A stretch of 48,580 nucleotides of DNA from a virus (Duplodnaviria; Caudoviricetes). The notes under the pieces were generated by a model, which did not search any database, was not told where the DNA came from, and was given only the letters and a program-made list of their open reading frames with translations. A program made the translations under genes and the position numbers. The DNA lies in IMG/VR virus record IMGVR_UViG_3300043607_000019, positions 1 through 48,580 of that record; one strand, 5' to 3'. Below are positions 25,748 through 34,677 of this stretch, piece by piece; within the stretch, counting starts at the first letter, position 1; the number at the start of each line of letters is the position of its first letter.

Positions 25748-25914
25748 ATGACTTCCTTTGGTACGCCGCCGCAGCCGGGGAGCTGGCGGTAGGCATGGGC
25801 ATAGGCTGGTTGGCACGCGGTGTCTGGCAGCGATACTCCATGGCCCGAGAGGCCGCGCGGCAACGGGCCTTCACGCGTGAGTTGTTCGATCGCCACCCCG
25901 GGGGGCTCAATTGA
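25744..25914 (+). CDS. 56-aa membrane protein (not in ORF track)
   Basis: AGGAG RBS; MNDFLWYAAAAGELAVGMGIGWLARGVW... Confidence 0.5.
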   Translation: MNDFLWYAAAAGELAVGMGIGWLARGVWQRYSMAREAARQRAFTRELFDRHPGGLN

Positions 25915-26270
25915 ACTGCGAAGGCACAGTGGAGCGCGAGGAATACACGCGCACGCAGCCCTCGCTGGTGTTCTGCGGTGACTGCATGAGCTACCTGCCG
26001 GCGAGCGCGTGCCGCATGGCAGGCTCCGGGCTATGCGACGGCTGCCAGGAACTCGACGAGGCGTTCGTCGCCACGTTCGATGTGTCTATATGCCACTGCG
26101 GCAACGCGCCGCTGGTCACGGAGGTCGCGGACGGGTTCGAGGCTCTCTGCACCATCTGCATCGACCCGACGGAGGACGCGGGCCCACGCGCTCACGTGGT
26201 GGGCCACGGCCCGACCGTCGAGTGTGCGCTCGAGGACTGGCGCCTGCGCCACGGGGGTTACCCATGCTGA
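25911..26270 (+). CDS. Cys-rich Zn-binding hypothetical protein
   Basis: Several CxxC motifs. Confidence 0.5.
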   Translation: MNCEGTVEREEYTRTQPSLVFCGDCMSYLPASACRMAGSGLCDGCQELDEAFVATFDVSICHCGNAPLVTEVADGFEALCTICIDPTEDAGPRAHVVGHGPTVECALEDWRLRHGGYPC

Positions 26271-27154
26271 GGCAAGTACGCAGCGACGCGCCGGCGGAGA
26301 CGTCGAGCGTCGTCGTCAGCTATCCGGTCAGCCCGGAGGACATTCAGGCCACGCGCGCGGAGTTCGCGGCGATCACGTTTGACGCGCCGGCGGGGTACGC
26401 CGCTGGGGTCAAGGCCATCGCGCATTGCCGAGGCACCCGGGGTGCAATCGAGAAGCGCCGCAAGGACCTGAAGGCGGACAGCATCGCCTACGGGCGCAAG
26501 GTCGATAGTGTAGCCAAGGAGCTGACGGCCCTGGTCGAGAGCATCGAGGAGCCATTGCGCCTCAAGAAAGCCGCCGTCGACGACGCCAAGGCACTCGCCA
26601 AGAGGCAGGCCGAGGACGCCGAGCGGCTCGCGCTCGAGGCGCAGCTGCGGGAGGAGCGCAAGGCCGAGGAAGCCCGGCTCGCCGCCGAGCGGGAGCGCCT
26701 GGCCGCCGAGCGTGCCGAGCTCGCCGAGCAGCGGCGCAAGGAAGACGAGGCACGGGCTGCCGAGGAAACGGCGCGGTTGGCCCAACGCCGAGCCCAGGAC
26801 GCTGCCATGCGCGCCGAGCGTGAGACTATCGAGACGGAGAGACGGGCCCTGGCTGCGGAGCGTGAGCGCGCCCAGGCAGAGCGCGACGCCGCAGCCCAGA
26901 TTGAACGCGCAAGGGTAGCCCAAGAGAACCTGCGCCTGGAGGCGATCGAGCGCCAGGCGGAGCAAGCGCGCAGGGCCGCTGCGCTGCGCCCAGACCTGGA
27001 AAAGGTCAAGGCATTCGCGGCGTCCATTCGCGAACTGAGCTTCTTCGATCTGAGCTGCGGAGCCGAGGCAACCGCAGCGGTCAACGTTGCCCTGGGCCGA
27101 CTCGCCCGCGCCGCGGACGGACTAGACGCATTCGTGGCGCAGGGGGAGTCATGA
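26264..27154 (+). CDS. coiled-coil protein of the recombination module
   Basis: IEKRRKDLK......GRKVD..AK.L......IE.PL and a long E/R/A coil; precedes the nuclease. Confidence 0.65.
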   Translation: MLRQVRSDAPAETSSVVVSYPVSPEDIQATRAEFAAITFDAPAGYAAGVKAIAHCRGTRGAIEKRRKDLKADSIAYGRKVDSVAKELTALVESIEEPLRLKKAAVDDAKALAKRQAEDAERLALEAQLREERKAEEARLAAERERLAAERAELAEQRRKEDEARAAEETARLAQRRAQDAAMRAERETIETERRALAAERERAQAERDAAAQIERARVAQENLRLEAIERQAEQARRAAALRPDLEKVKAFAASIRELSFFDLSCGAEATAAVNVALGRLARAADGLDAFVAQGES

Positions 27155-28284
27155 GCAAGCTCGCTCTCAGGTGCAGTGCCCTGCCATTGGCGTTCCTCTG
27201 CCCCGGCTCGGTGCGCCGCGGCGAGCTCGTGATCGACGCCGCCAACGAGGCCGCGTACATGGGCCGCGCCGCGCACGAGGGTCACGCGCACATGGTCGAG
27301 ACCGGTTCCGTCGACTGGGACGCGGTTCCCGATCTGGCTCGCCGCTACGACGTAAACGAGGGGGAGCTGCGATCCCTCCTGGCGCTCGGGCAGAAGCTCT
27401 GGAACCAGATCCGCGAGAGCTTCCCCAATGCCTCGACCGAAGTCGCGCTCAGCTACGGCCAGGAGTTCAGCTACGAAGAGGAAGACTTCGTGCTCACGGG
27501 TCACGTCGATGTGCTCGGTGTGAGTGCAAACACGGCGCACCCCGGTGACTGGAAAGACGGCAGAGTCGACAAGCCGTTCGCGGAACAGATCCTCGGCTAC
27601 TGCGCGCTGGTGCTGCTGACCTGGCGAGAGCTGGAGCGCGCTGCTGGCGGCATCATGTGGGTGCGCGAGAACGAATTCGAGCCCTACTCGATGACTCGGC
27701 GACAGCTCCCGATCTGGTTGGAACGACTGCGCAGCGAAGTCGTGCACTGGGACGGCACGTACCGCCCCGGAGACCACTGCAAGCACTGTCACCGGGATCA
27801 CGAATGCGCTGCTCGCAAAGCGCTGGTGCGACGCGACGTCGAAGTGTTTAGCGACCAGATGACGGTCGCTCGGGTCGAGGACGCGGACCTGATGGCTGCG
27901 ATGGATCCAGACGAACTCATCAAGGGTCTCGTCATGGCCGACCGCGTCGCGCTCTACGCGGAGCGGTACCGCAAAGCGTGCCGTGAACACGTAATGAAAC
28001 ACGGTGAGGTCACTGGAGGCTTATACAGGTTGGCGCTGCAGCACGAAGAGCGGCGGGGCTTGGATACGCGCGCTGCGTGGCCCGTGCTCGAGTCGGCGCT
28101 GGGCAATGAGCAGATGGCGGACGTTATCGAGCTGCGCGTCTCCAGGGCGGAGGAACTGGTCGCGAAGGCAGCGGGCAAAGGCCAGGGCGCTGGCGCGGTG
28201 CGGAAGCTGCGCAAGGCGCTCGAAGATGCGGATGCGGTGAAGATCAACACGGTCACCAAGTTGACTGTTCGGAGGGCGACATGA
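27151..28284 (+). CDS. Cas4-like PD-(D/E)XK exonuclease (DUF2800-like)
   Basis: G...H, E..L, GHVD, DWK.G, Q...Y, PG.HC.HC.....C. Confidence 0.8.
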   Translation: MSKLALRCSALPLAFLCPGSVRRGELVIDAANEAAYMGRAAHEGHAHMVETGSVDWDAVPDLARRYDVNEGELRSLLALGQKLWNQIRESFPNASTEVALSYGQEFSYEEEDFVLTGHVDVLGVSANTAHPGDWKDGRVDKPFAEQILGYCALVLLTWRELERAAGGIMWVRENEFEPYSMTRRQLPIWLERLRSEVVHWDGTYRPGDHCKHCHRDHECAARKALVRRDVEVFSDQMTVARVEDADLMAAMDPDELIKGLVMADRVALYAERYRKACREHVMKHGEVTGGLYRLALQHEERRGLDTRAAWPVLESALGNEQMADVIELRVSRAEELVAKAAGKGQGAGAVRKLRKALEDADAVKINTVTKLTVRRAT

Positions 28285-29486
28285 GCGACAAGACAGAGCG
28301 AGCAGACGCGGTGTGCACGGCCATCGAGAGGGCCATCGGCGAGTGCGGGATCATCTCGATCCGTGAGCTGCCCAAGTTCGAGCAGGCGATCCGGATGGCC
28401 AAAGGCATCCGTGAGATGCGCTTGGCCCTGAACGATGAATTCGTAAAACACGCGCTGATGCCGCTGCAAGGCAGCACGCTCGGGTTCCTGACCGACAAGG
28501 ACAAGAACAAGGACGGCTCGCCGGGGCCGGGCTATCCGCTCGCCACCGTGCGGGAGTGCGCCATCGAAGCGATGATCCGCGGCTTCAACGTGGTTGGAAA
28601 CGAGTTCAACATCATCGCTGAACGCTTCTACGGAACGAAGAACGGGTACTCGCGCCAGGTGCTGGAGTTCCGCGGTCTGCGCGACCTCGTGCTGGAGCCG
28701 GGCGTTGCGCATATCGCTGGAGAGCGCGGCGCACTGGTGCCGTACACCGCGACGTGGAAGCTGGACGGGAAGGAGATGCGCATCGACTGCCAGCAGCTGA
28801 AGGACGGCCCGGACCAGCGCATACCGGTCAAGATCAACGCGGGCATGGGTCAGGACGCGATACTGGGCAAGGCTGAGCGAAAGATGCTGTTCCGCATCTA
28901 CCAGCGGCTGCTCGGCTCGGCCTACGGTGCCACCGACGGCGAGGTCGGCGAGGAGCCGATCACGACAACCGGCGAGCCCGCGCCAAGCCCGGTGCAGGGA
29001 GCTGTCGACGGGCGACGCTACTCGATCGGCAAAAAGACCAATGCGGCGGCAGCGGAAAGGTCGGATGTGCCCGATGGTGGCGCCGGCGCTTCGCACAAAG
29101 GCCCGGCTTCCGCGGCCGCCGCTGCGGACAAGAGCAAGACCAATGGGGCGGCACAGGCGAAAGAACACACCGAGACGCCCACCCCCGCGTCCGCCGTGTC
29201 ATCGCCTGCTGCCGCCCCGGCGGACTATACCGCCGGGGCCATCCCGATCTCGTCAGCGCCGGCACAGGCCACTCCCGTCGACCTGGTCGAGCTCCACGAG
29301 ACCCTGGCCGAGGCGACCGATGACTGGTCGTTCCGCGGCGCCAGCAAGGTGCTGTCGACGTGGACCGAAGCTCAGCGCGTCAAGGCGCTGGCGTGGGCCA
29401 CCGCCGTGGTCACGGACGGATCCATGGCCATCCAGTCCAATCGCCCCATCCACACGCTCGTCGGGCGTCAGCCGGGAGACGACTAA
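28281..29486 (+). CDS. putative ssDNA-annealing partner of the exonuclease
   Basis: Synteny only: globular N-half plus a disordered Ala/Pro tail, as in RecT/Erf-type proteins; no diagnostic motif recognised. Confidence 0.4.
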   Translation: MSDKTERADAVCTAIERAIGECGIISIRELPKFEQAIRMAKGIREMRLALNDEFVKHALMPLQGSTLGFLTDKDKNKDGSPGPGYPLATVRECAIEAMIRGFNVVGNEFNIIAERFYGTKNGYSRQVLEFRGLRDLVLEPGVAHIAGERGALVPYTATWKLDGKEMRIDCQQLKDGPDQRIPVKINAGMGQDAILGKAERKMLFRIYQRLLGSAYGATDGEVGEEPITTTGEPAPSPVQGAVDGRRYSIGKKTNAAAAERSDVPDGGAGASHKGPASAAAAADKSKTNGAAQAKEHTETPTPASAVSSPAAAPADYTAGAIPISSAPAQATPVDLVELHETLAEATDDWSFRGASKVLSTWTEAQRVKALAWATAVVTDGSMAIQSNRPIHTLVGRQPGDD

Positions 29487-29812
29487 TGGACCACCGACAC
29501 GACCTGTCAGCCGCCATCAACGCGCTGCCCGAGCCGTTGAGGGTGTTTGTTCACGACCTCGAGGCGCGCGTTGACCCGGCAGGGGATGTGCGAGCGGCGC
29601 ACGTGCAGCGCGAGAATGCGCTGGCCCTGGCGGCCCGCGTGGCGGAGCTCGAGGAGCTCCTGGGCATGGCCGGCGACGGCAAGGGCACAGCTGAGACAGC
29701 GCTGGCCGCTTTGCAGTCCCGGGTGGATAAGGCGTTGAAGAAGCTGGAGGGCCACGAATCGGGGTGTTGGGTAGGGTGCGTTTCGGACGCACTGGAGGAG
29801 CTCCGTGGCTGA
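29486..29812 (+). CDS. hypothetical protein
   Basis: TAATG overlap, GGAG RBS, coiled coil. Confidence 0.55.
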   Translation: MDHRHDLSAAINALPEPLRVFVHDLEARVDPAGDVRAAHVQRENALALAARVAELEELLGMAGDGKGTAETALAALQSRVDKALKKLEGHESGCWVGCVSDALEELRG

Positions 29813-30188
29813 GCGCGACCCGGAAGCTCGGATCATGTGCGTCGACCACACCGGGACGTTCATGTACACGCTGCGCATCGATGACCTGCGCGTGGCGCTG
29901 CTCGACAAGGGCCTGCGCATAGTCGAACTGTCCCGCCCGGAGGCAAGTGACGGCGCGGTGAACGTCGGCGCGTCCACAGGCGAGTACTGGGTTCTGCTAG
30001 ACAGGTTGCGCCCGTTGCTCGCCACCCAAGGCCTGCACATCGCGACCGCCGCGCAGAAGGCAGTCCTGGATGCGATGGCGGTTCTGCCCGAGAAGCTACT
30101 CCGGAGCTGGGTCGACGCCTCCCAGATTACCCGCGGTCTGCCACAGCTAGCCGTGGCCGAGCTCGCCCGGCGGGAGGCAAAGCCATGA
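29805..30188 (+). CDS. hypothetical protein
   Basis: GGAGG RBS, overlapping neighbours. Confidence 0.5.
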   Translation: MAERDPEARIMCVDHTGTFMYTLRIDDLRVALLDKGLRIVELSRPEASDGAVNVGASTGEYWVLLDRLRPLLATQGLHIATAAQKAVLDAMAVLPEKLLRSWVDASQITRGLPQLAVAELARREAKP

Positions 30189-30358
30189 ACCTGCAGCAGG
30201 TGAAGCTGAAAGCGCCGCGAAGCGCTGGTTGGCCCGAGCTCGAGCAAATCGCAGCGGGGCATCGACTGCTCTCTGCTGCGTCCGAGGGCGACCGCCTGCG
30301 GCTGTGCCGCAGCATTGGCGAGTTGATGGCGAACCAGGAAGTCGAGGTGCTGGCGTGA
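30185..30358 (+). CDS. 57-aa hypothetical protein (not in ORF track)
   Basis: GGAGG RBS, ATGA and GTGA overlaps. Confidence 0.45.
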   Translation: MNLQQVKLKAPRSAGWPELEQIAAGHRLLSAASEGDRLRLCRSIGELMANQEVEVLA

Positions 30359-31764
30359 CTGAAGACAAGTGTGGATGCGAAGCGTCGGACCGGCTGCGTG
30401 CTCAGGTGGAGGACCTGAAGGGCGAACTGGACGGGCACCAGGAGGCCATACAGCTCGCCAGGGGGCTCTTGACTGGGTATCAGAGCCAGGCCGCGAAGCT
30501 CGAAAGGGTGAGGGCATTTGCGCTCAAAGTGGGGGCCATGGGCGGCAAGTTGGAACTGCTTGAGATTCTCTCGCCCGCCCCGGCGCAACGACGCTGCGGC
30601 TGCGTCAACGATGACTGGTGCCACGGGTGTTCTCCAAATGGGCCCGTCCCGGCGCAAGCGGATATGACGGAGGACGAGTACCACAGCTACCAGGCGCCCT
30701 CGTCGGTACCGAAGATGTGGGGCAACGCAGAACTTCCCGGCGCCGTATGGGTAGGAGACTCACCGCCTACCAAGGAACAGGTGGCGCAGTCGCTCACTCA
30801 AACGACGGACGAGCTGGAGGCGATCCAGTTCGCGCGCGAGATAGTCCAGACCCACAACGCGCGCCTGGAGGAGATGGATAAGCTCCGCGCACTGAACGTG
30901 GAGCTGGAGGACAAGCTACGGAGAGTGGCCGTCATTTCTCTAAATGACGAACACAGGATCGTCTCCCTGCAGGCCCGCGTCGCTGAGCTGGAGGACGCAT
31001 GCACAGAAACTCAGGCATGCCTGAAGAAGGAGATGGCCCGCGCCGACGAGCAGGCCACAGGCATCGAGCAACAGGCGCGCCAGATCACGCGGCTGGAGCA
31101 GAAGATCGAGCGGCTCAAAGCGGTGCGAGACTCCACGGCAGAGCGCACCAACGGCGAGATCGAGCAGCTGAAGCGCGAGTGTGCGCGCAACCGCTGCATG
31201 TTCGAGCTGATGTCGGTCGCCAAGCGCTACGGCGAGGGCGACTGCACGCGGGAGGAGATGCGATCGGAGGTAATCCTGGTGTTGGGTCGCGCCAGCGCCC
31301 AGGGTTCGGATTCCGAAGCGCCGCCGGCTCAGCCGACCTTCCCGAGAGCGCTGCTTACAGCAGACGAGGCAGCGCTGGCAGCGTCCGTCGCGTCATCCCA
31401 CGGCGACACGGCTCGGGTTGTTGCGAAGATAATGCGCATCAACGATGACCTGTCTTCCACGCTGGGACGGGTGTCGGCGGCGTTCAAGGCGCTGCCTGCA
31501 ATCTGTCACGACGAGGACGCTCACGGGTTCATCGTGGCGGTCGACAAAGCGATCGGGCCGTCCCGAGAGAGTGACGCCTGTCCGCCTGGGTGTCAGTGCC
31601 TGATCGTTTCGAACCTGAAGCAACGCATCGGCGTGCTGGAGGCGCACATCAACGAGCTGGTCGGAAAGCTGCGCACGTCCGAGTTCAACGAGTCCGAGGT
31701 ACGCAAAGCCGCCGATGCCCGGTGCGCGGAGTTGGAGGCACAGCTAACGAGGTGGTCGCCATGA
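30355..31764 (+). CDS. large mosaic coiled-coil protein
   Basis: Heptad-rich segments separated by small Cys clusters. Confidence 0.55.
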   Translation: MTEDKCGCEASDRLRAQVEDLKGELDGHQEAIQLARGLLTGYQSQAAKLERVRAFALKVGAMGGKLELLEILSPAPAQRRCGCVNDDWCHGCSPNGPVPAQADMTEDEYHSYQAPSSVPKMWGNAELPGAVWVGDSPPTKEQVAQSLTQTTDELEAIQFAREIVQTHNARLEEMDKLRALNVELEDKLRRVAVISLNDEHRIVSLQARVAELEDACTETQACLKKEMARADEQATGIEQQARQITRLEQKIERLKAVRDSTAERTNGEIEQLKRECARNRCMFELMSVAKRYGEGDCTREEMRSEVILVLGRASAQGSDSEAPPAQPTFPRALLTADEAALAASVASSHGDTARVVAKIMRINDDLSSTLGRVSAAFKALPAICHDEDAHGFIVAVDKAIGPSRESDACPPGCQCLIVSNLKQRIGVLEAHINELVGKLRTSEFNESEVRKAADARCAELEAQLTRWSP

Positions 31765-31979
31765 AGCACGGAAGGGGCCACGTGATCGACGAAGCGGGCA
31801 AGGTCTACGGCGCAGTCACAGTGCTGCGGCGCCATGGCAACAACGTGCACGGCCACGTGAAGTGGCTCTGCCTCTGTGGCGTCTGCGGCGGGACGCGCTC
31901 GATACTTGGCGCACAGCTGCGCCGAGCAGCACCCAAGACCTGCATGGGCCGATGCGTGGTCGATCGGCGGGCGCCATGA
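31761..31979 (+). CDS. small Zn-binding protein resembling the N-domain of HNH/AP2 phage endonucleases
   Basis: ID..G..YG..TVL.......WLC.C..CG. Confidence 0.55.
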   Translation: MKHGRGHVIDEAGKVYGAVTVLRRHGNNVHGHVKWLCLCGVCGGTRSILGAQLRRAAPKTCMGRCVVDRRAP

Positions 31980-32245
31980 GCCAGATAAACCGCGTACTCC
32001 GCGGGACCATGATCGGTGTCGCGCCGCCGTTCCACCTGCCAGACGAGCAGCCCTTCGAGCTCCGCCGCTCGGCGGTTCGCGTCGCACCCACACCAGTCTA
32101 CATCCCGCCGGCGCGGCGCAAGCAGTTGCCGACGATGCGCATAACGGACTTCCCGCCACGCAGGTCGAACGCAACGGTGCAGATGGTCGCGGGGTGGGTG
32201 GTGTGTGTCGTGACGACGCTCATTCTTTGGGCGGTGTCGCCATGA
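31976..32245 (+). CDS. hypothetical protein with C-terminal TM segment
   Basis: ATGA overlaps; VAGWVVCVVTTLILWAV. Confidence 0.45.
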   Translation: MSQINRVLRGTMIGVAPPFHLPDEQPFELRRSAVRVAPTPVYIPPARRKQLPTMRITDFPPRRSNATVQMVAGWVVCVVTTLILWAVSP

Positions 32246-32466
32246 CGCTTAAACCGGGCTGGATTGACGCGCTGCCCAAGCCGCAGCCAGGCATCTCCGA
32301 CTCCGAAGAAGACGCGGCGCTGCGCGTCAGTGGAGGGCGACGCTGTAGGATCGCTCAGCCTGGTAGCGAAGGCTGGCGCAAATCAGCCAAGAAGGGCGCT
32401 GGCAAGAATATGGTCAAACGCAACCTCGATCGCGTGCTGGGCAAGGTAACGGAGGATGAGGAATGA
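32242..32466 (+). CDS. small basic hypothetical protein
   Basis: ATGA overlaps. Confidence 0.4.
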   Translation: MTLKPGWIDALPKPQPGISDSEEDAALRVSGGRRCRIAQPGSEGWRKSAKKGAGKNMVKRNLDRVLGKVTEDEE

Positions 32467-32735
32467 AGGCGCTGCTCAGCTGTGTAGCAATTGCATTCAA
32501 GCCGCGTTCGCGCACTGAATTCGACACCCGTTGCACGGTGATTCAACGAATCGTTGCATGCGCGCTATTGACGCTTATGTCATGCTCTGATGGTACGGGG
32601 GAACGCTGGCTGCTCCTCGACCACGATGAGTTGAGCGGCCAGAATCGGCTCTGCATCTATCGCGACTGGCCCGGTGAGTACGTGCTCACTGTGCACAGCT
32701 GGGAGAGTTGCGAGCCGTCGCTCGAAGTCGACTGA
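32463..32735 (+). CDS. small predicted lipoprotein (start may be GTG 32538)
   Basis: RIVACALLTLMS-C-SDG; two further Cys. Confidence 0.5.
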   Translation: MKALLSCVAIAFKPRSRTEFDTRCTVIQRIVACALLTLMSCSDGTGERWLLLDHDELSGQNRLCIYRDWPGEYVLTVHSWESCEPSLEVD

Positions 32736-32744
32736 GGCCTTCAC

Positions 32745-32837
32745 GGGCCCGAGCCTGCGCGTTGTGAGTCCGTCAGCCATGGGGCGCATCCGGAGCCAAC
32801 CCCGATTGGCGCAACATCAACGCGCAGGCTCGGGCCC
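32745..32837. repeat. 93-bp element with perfect 20-bp inverted arms
   Basis: GGGCCCGAGCCTGCGCGTTG (32745-32764) and CAACGCGCAGGCTCGGGCCC (32818-32837). Confidence 0.9.
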
Positions 32838-33033
32838 AAGATAGCCAGTTAGTGGGTCACGACGCAGCACCATAGCGCGAGCTTGGGCTGGTAAATTCGA
32901 CGCATCGGTAACTCGGGCCATGCCCCGAGTGGCCATAGGCACACGTCCGTCAATGAGTGTTCCATCGGTGAAACACGCGGGAGAGGTGCGGCCAAATTCC
33001 CCGCTGCGCAAGCAGCAGAAAGAAGAGACAGAA

Positions 33034-34209
33034 ATGAATCAATTCAGAAACTGGGCGATTGCCTTGCTTGGTGCGCTCGCGCTGAGCGTGATTGGGTGCG
33101 GCGCACCGGACGAATCTGGGCTCGATGACTTGCCGAGCGAGCGTGACTGGAACGCAGTGGTCGACACGGCGGGGCAGATCGACGGGGAACCGTTGGACGG
33201 GCAGGAGCTGGAGATGTTCGAGCTAGCCGAACAATACCGGTTCCTGTTCCCCGACGATGGCCCGATGATTCCCGCGGCGGGGGTCAAGGAGATCGTGGAC
33301 GCCTACGAGGCGAACCTGAAGTTCGGGTCTCGCGATATAGGGCGCGCCCAGCAGGCGTGGCACAGCGCCGAGTATTACGGGATAGCCGATACCACTAACG
33401 GGCCTTGTTTCTCCGGCGCAACCGGAGGCAACAGCAATTGCCAATTCCCCACCTACCTGACGGCGCGGTACACCAATATCGGCAACTGCACTGGCCCGGA
33501 GCCTTTCATTCCTGGAACCAACATCGCGGTCACTCGCGCGATGCAGCAGGACATCTACGGCGGCATGTACGATGCCATCCGCACGCTATACGAGTATGGG
33601 AATGACGGTTTCGTTGTGGCCATCGACAACGAACGCCCCGGGATCTCGGCCAATCGGATCAACGTAACGCTAGCTTGCGACAACAATACGTCTGTGTCGA
33701 ACTTCGGGTCTTTCGCGTTTCCCCCCGGCACGTTCCGTCAGAGCAAGCTGGGTCGAGGCCCAAACAGTTTAGTTGATGAGGGCTACGCCATGCAGTACAC
33801 GGGCGGACGTATTCGGCTGGCGCCAGCAAACATCCTGATGGCCAATGCTGCGCCGTCTCCGGGCTTGCCTACTGGATGCGCTGTGACACCGTCAGGCACC
33901 GCGGGCAGCGTATCCGACCGGGTGTCCATGGGACGCTACGTTGGAACGCATGAGGTGATGCACTCCCTAGGGTGGGCGCACTTCGTCAATGGCATCATGA
34001 ACCCGGTCGGTCGTTGCAAGCACCTTGACACTATCAACGAGGTCCTCAACGCGGTTACGCCGGAGATGCTGGCTGCCTTCCAGATCTACAGCGGCGGATT
34101 CCAGACGTCCAACGGCACGATCCACGATGTGAATCTCGAAAACCCATGCAATCACGTTGGGGGCGTCGAGAACGGAATCTGCGAGTCCTCGAAGCCTGGG
34201 AACCAGTAA
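33034..34209 (+). CDS. lipoprotein zinc metalloprotease (metzincin), moron-like
   Basis: Lipobox VIG-C, acidic pro-region, IGRAQQA linker, HEVMHSLGWAH (33949-33981), Met-turn GIM. Confidence 0.8.
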   Translation: MNQFRNWAIALLGALALSVIGCGAPDESGLDDLPSERDWNAVVDTAGQIDGEPLDGQELEMFELAEQYRFLFPDDGPMIPAAGVKEIVDAYEANLKFGSRDIGRAQQAWHSAEYYGIADTTNGPCFSGATGGNSNCQFPTYLTARYTNIGNCTGPEPFIPGTNIAVTRAMQQDIYGGMYDAIRTLYEYGNDGFVVAIDNERPGISANRINVTLACDNNTSVSNFGSFAFPPGTFRQSKLGRGPNSLVDEGYAMQYTGGRIRLAPANILMANAAPSPGLPTGCAVTPSGTAGSVSDRVSMGRYVGTHEVMHSLGWAHFVNGIMNPVGRCKHLDTINEVLNAVTPEMLAAFQIYSGGFQTSNGTIHDVNLENPCNHVGGVENGICESSKPGNQ

Positions 34210-34491
34210 CTACTCTCTAACGTCCGCGTAGTCGACGATGATGGTCTCTGTCTCAGGGTTCAGGGCACCCGCTCTGACGTCAAAGATGTCAAAGACCTGA
34301 CCTGCTCTGACGGCAGGGACCTCATCCTCACTGACGGCAGGGATCGACGTGTCGACGTAACGAAACAGCACCTCTCGGGGCGCAGTGTCGCGAGGTGTCT
34401 TGGCGAGAAAGCACGCGACGCAGAACCCGACGGAAGCGACGACGACGCAAGCTTTGGGGATGACGTGGCGCACCCAAATTAGCTGCACCAA
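34210..34491 (-). CDS. small membrane-anchored hypothetical protein
   Basis: N-terminal hydrophobic segment; convergent with the protease gene, stop codons abut. Confidence 0.4.
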   Translation of the reverse strand: MVQLIWVRHVIPKACVVVASVGFCVACFLAKTPRDTAPREVLFRYVDTSIPAVSEDEVPAVRAGQVFDIFDVRAGALNPETETIIVDYADVRE

Positions 34492-34511
34492 ACACGCAAG
34501 ACGCGCAAGCC

Positions 34512-34608
34512 GTTAGTGTTGCCTACGCGCCCCAAGAGGCATGGGTTAGTGTGGCATAGGCCAACAGATACGGTTACTTGTGGACGGACACTGAACACCG
34601 TAGCACCC
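34512..34608. promoter_or_regulatory. regulatory region sharing boxes with 736-797
   Basis: 34584-34608 is 21/25 identical to the reverse complement of 773-797; GTTAGTGTGGC at 34545 is the reverse complement of 736-746. Confidence 0.6.
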
Positions 34609-34677
34609 TAAGGGTGTGTCCATGGTCGCCCGGCCTAATATCCGTCACCTCGCGCAAACGCGCGCAGGAGGCGTCTT

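Noticed and set aside
26488-29168. Long minus-strand ORFs (504 and 404 aa), and similar ones at 5864-7159, 9029-10063, 41353-42390 and 46783-48501
   Set aside because: Shadow ORFs opposite well-supported genes; stop codons are scarce in GC-rich DNA and no motifs are present
29633-29655. Similarity to about 30973-30995 (ARVAELE)
   Set aside because: Common coiled-coil peptide with synonymous differences; not evidence of a functional repeat
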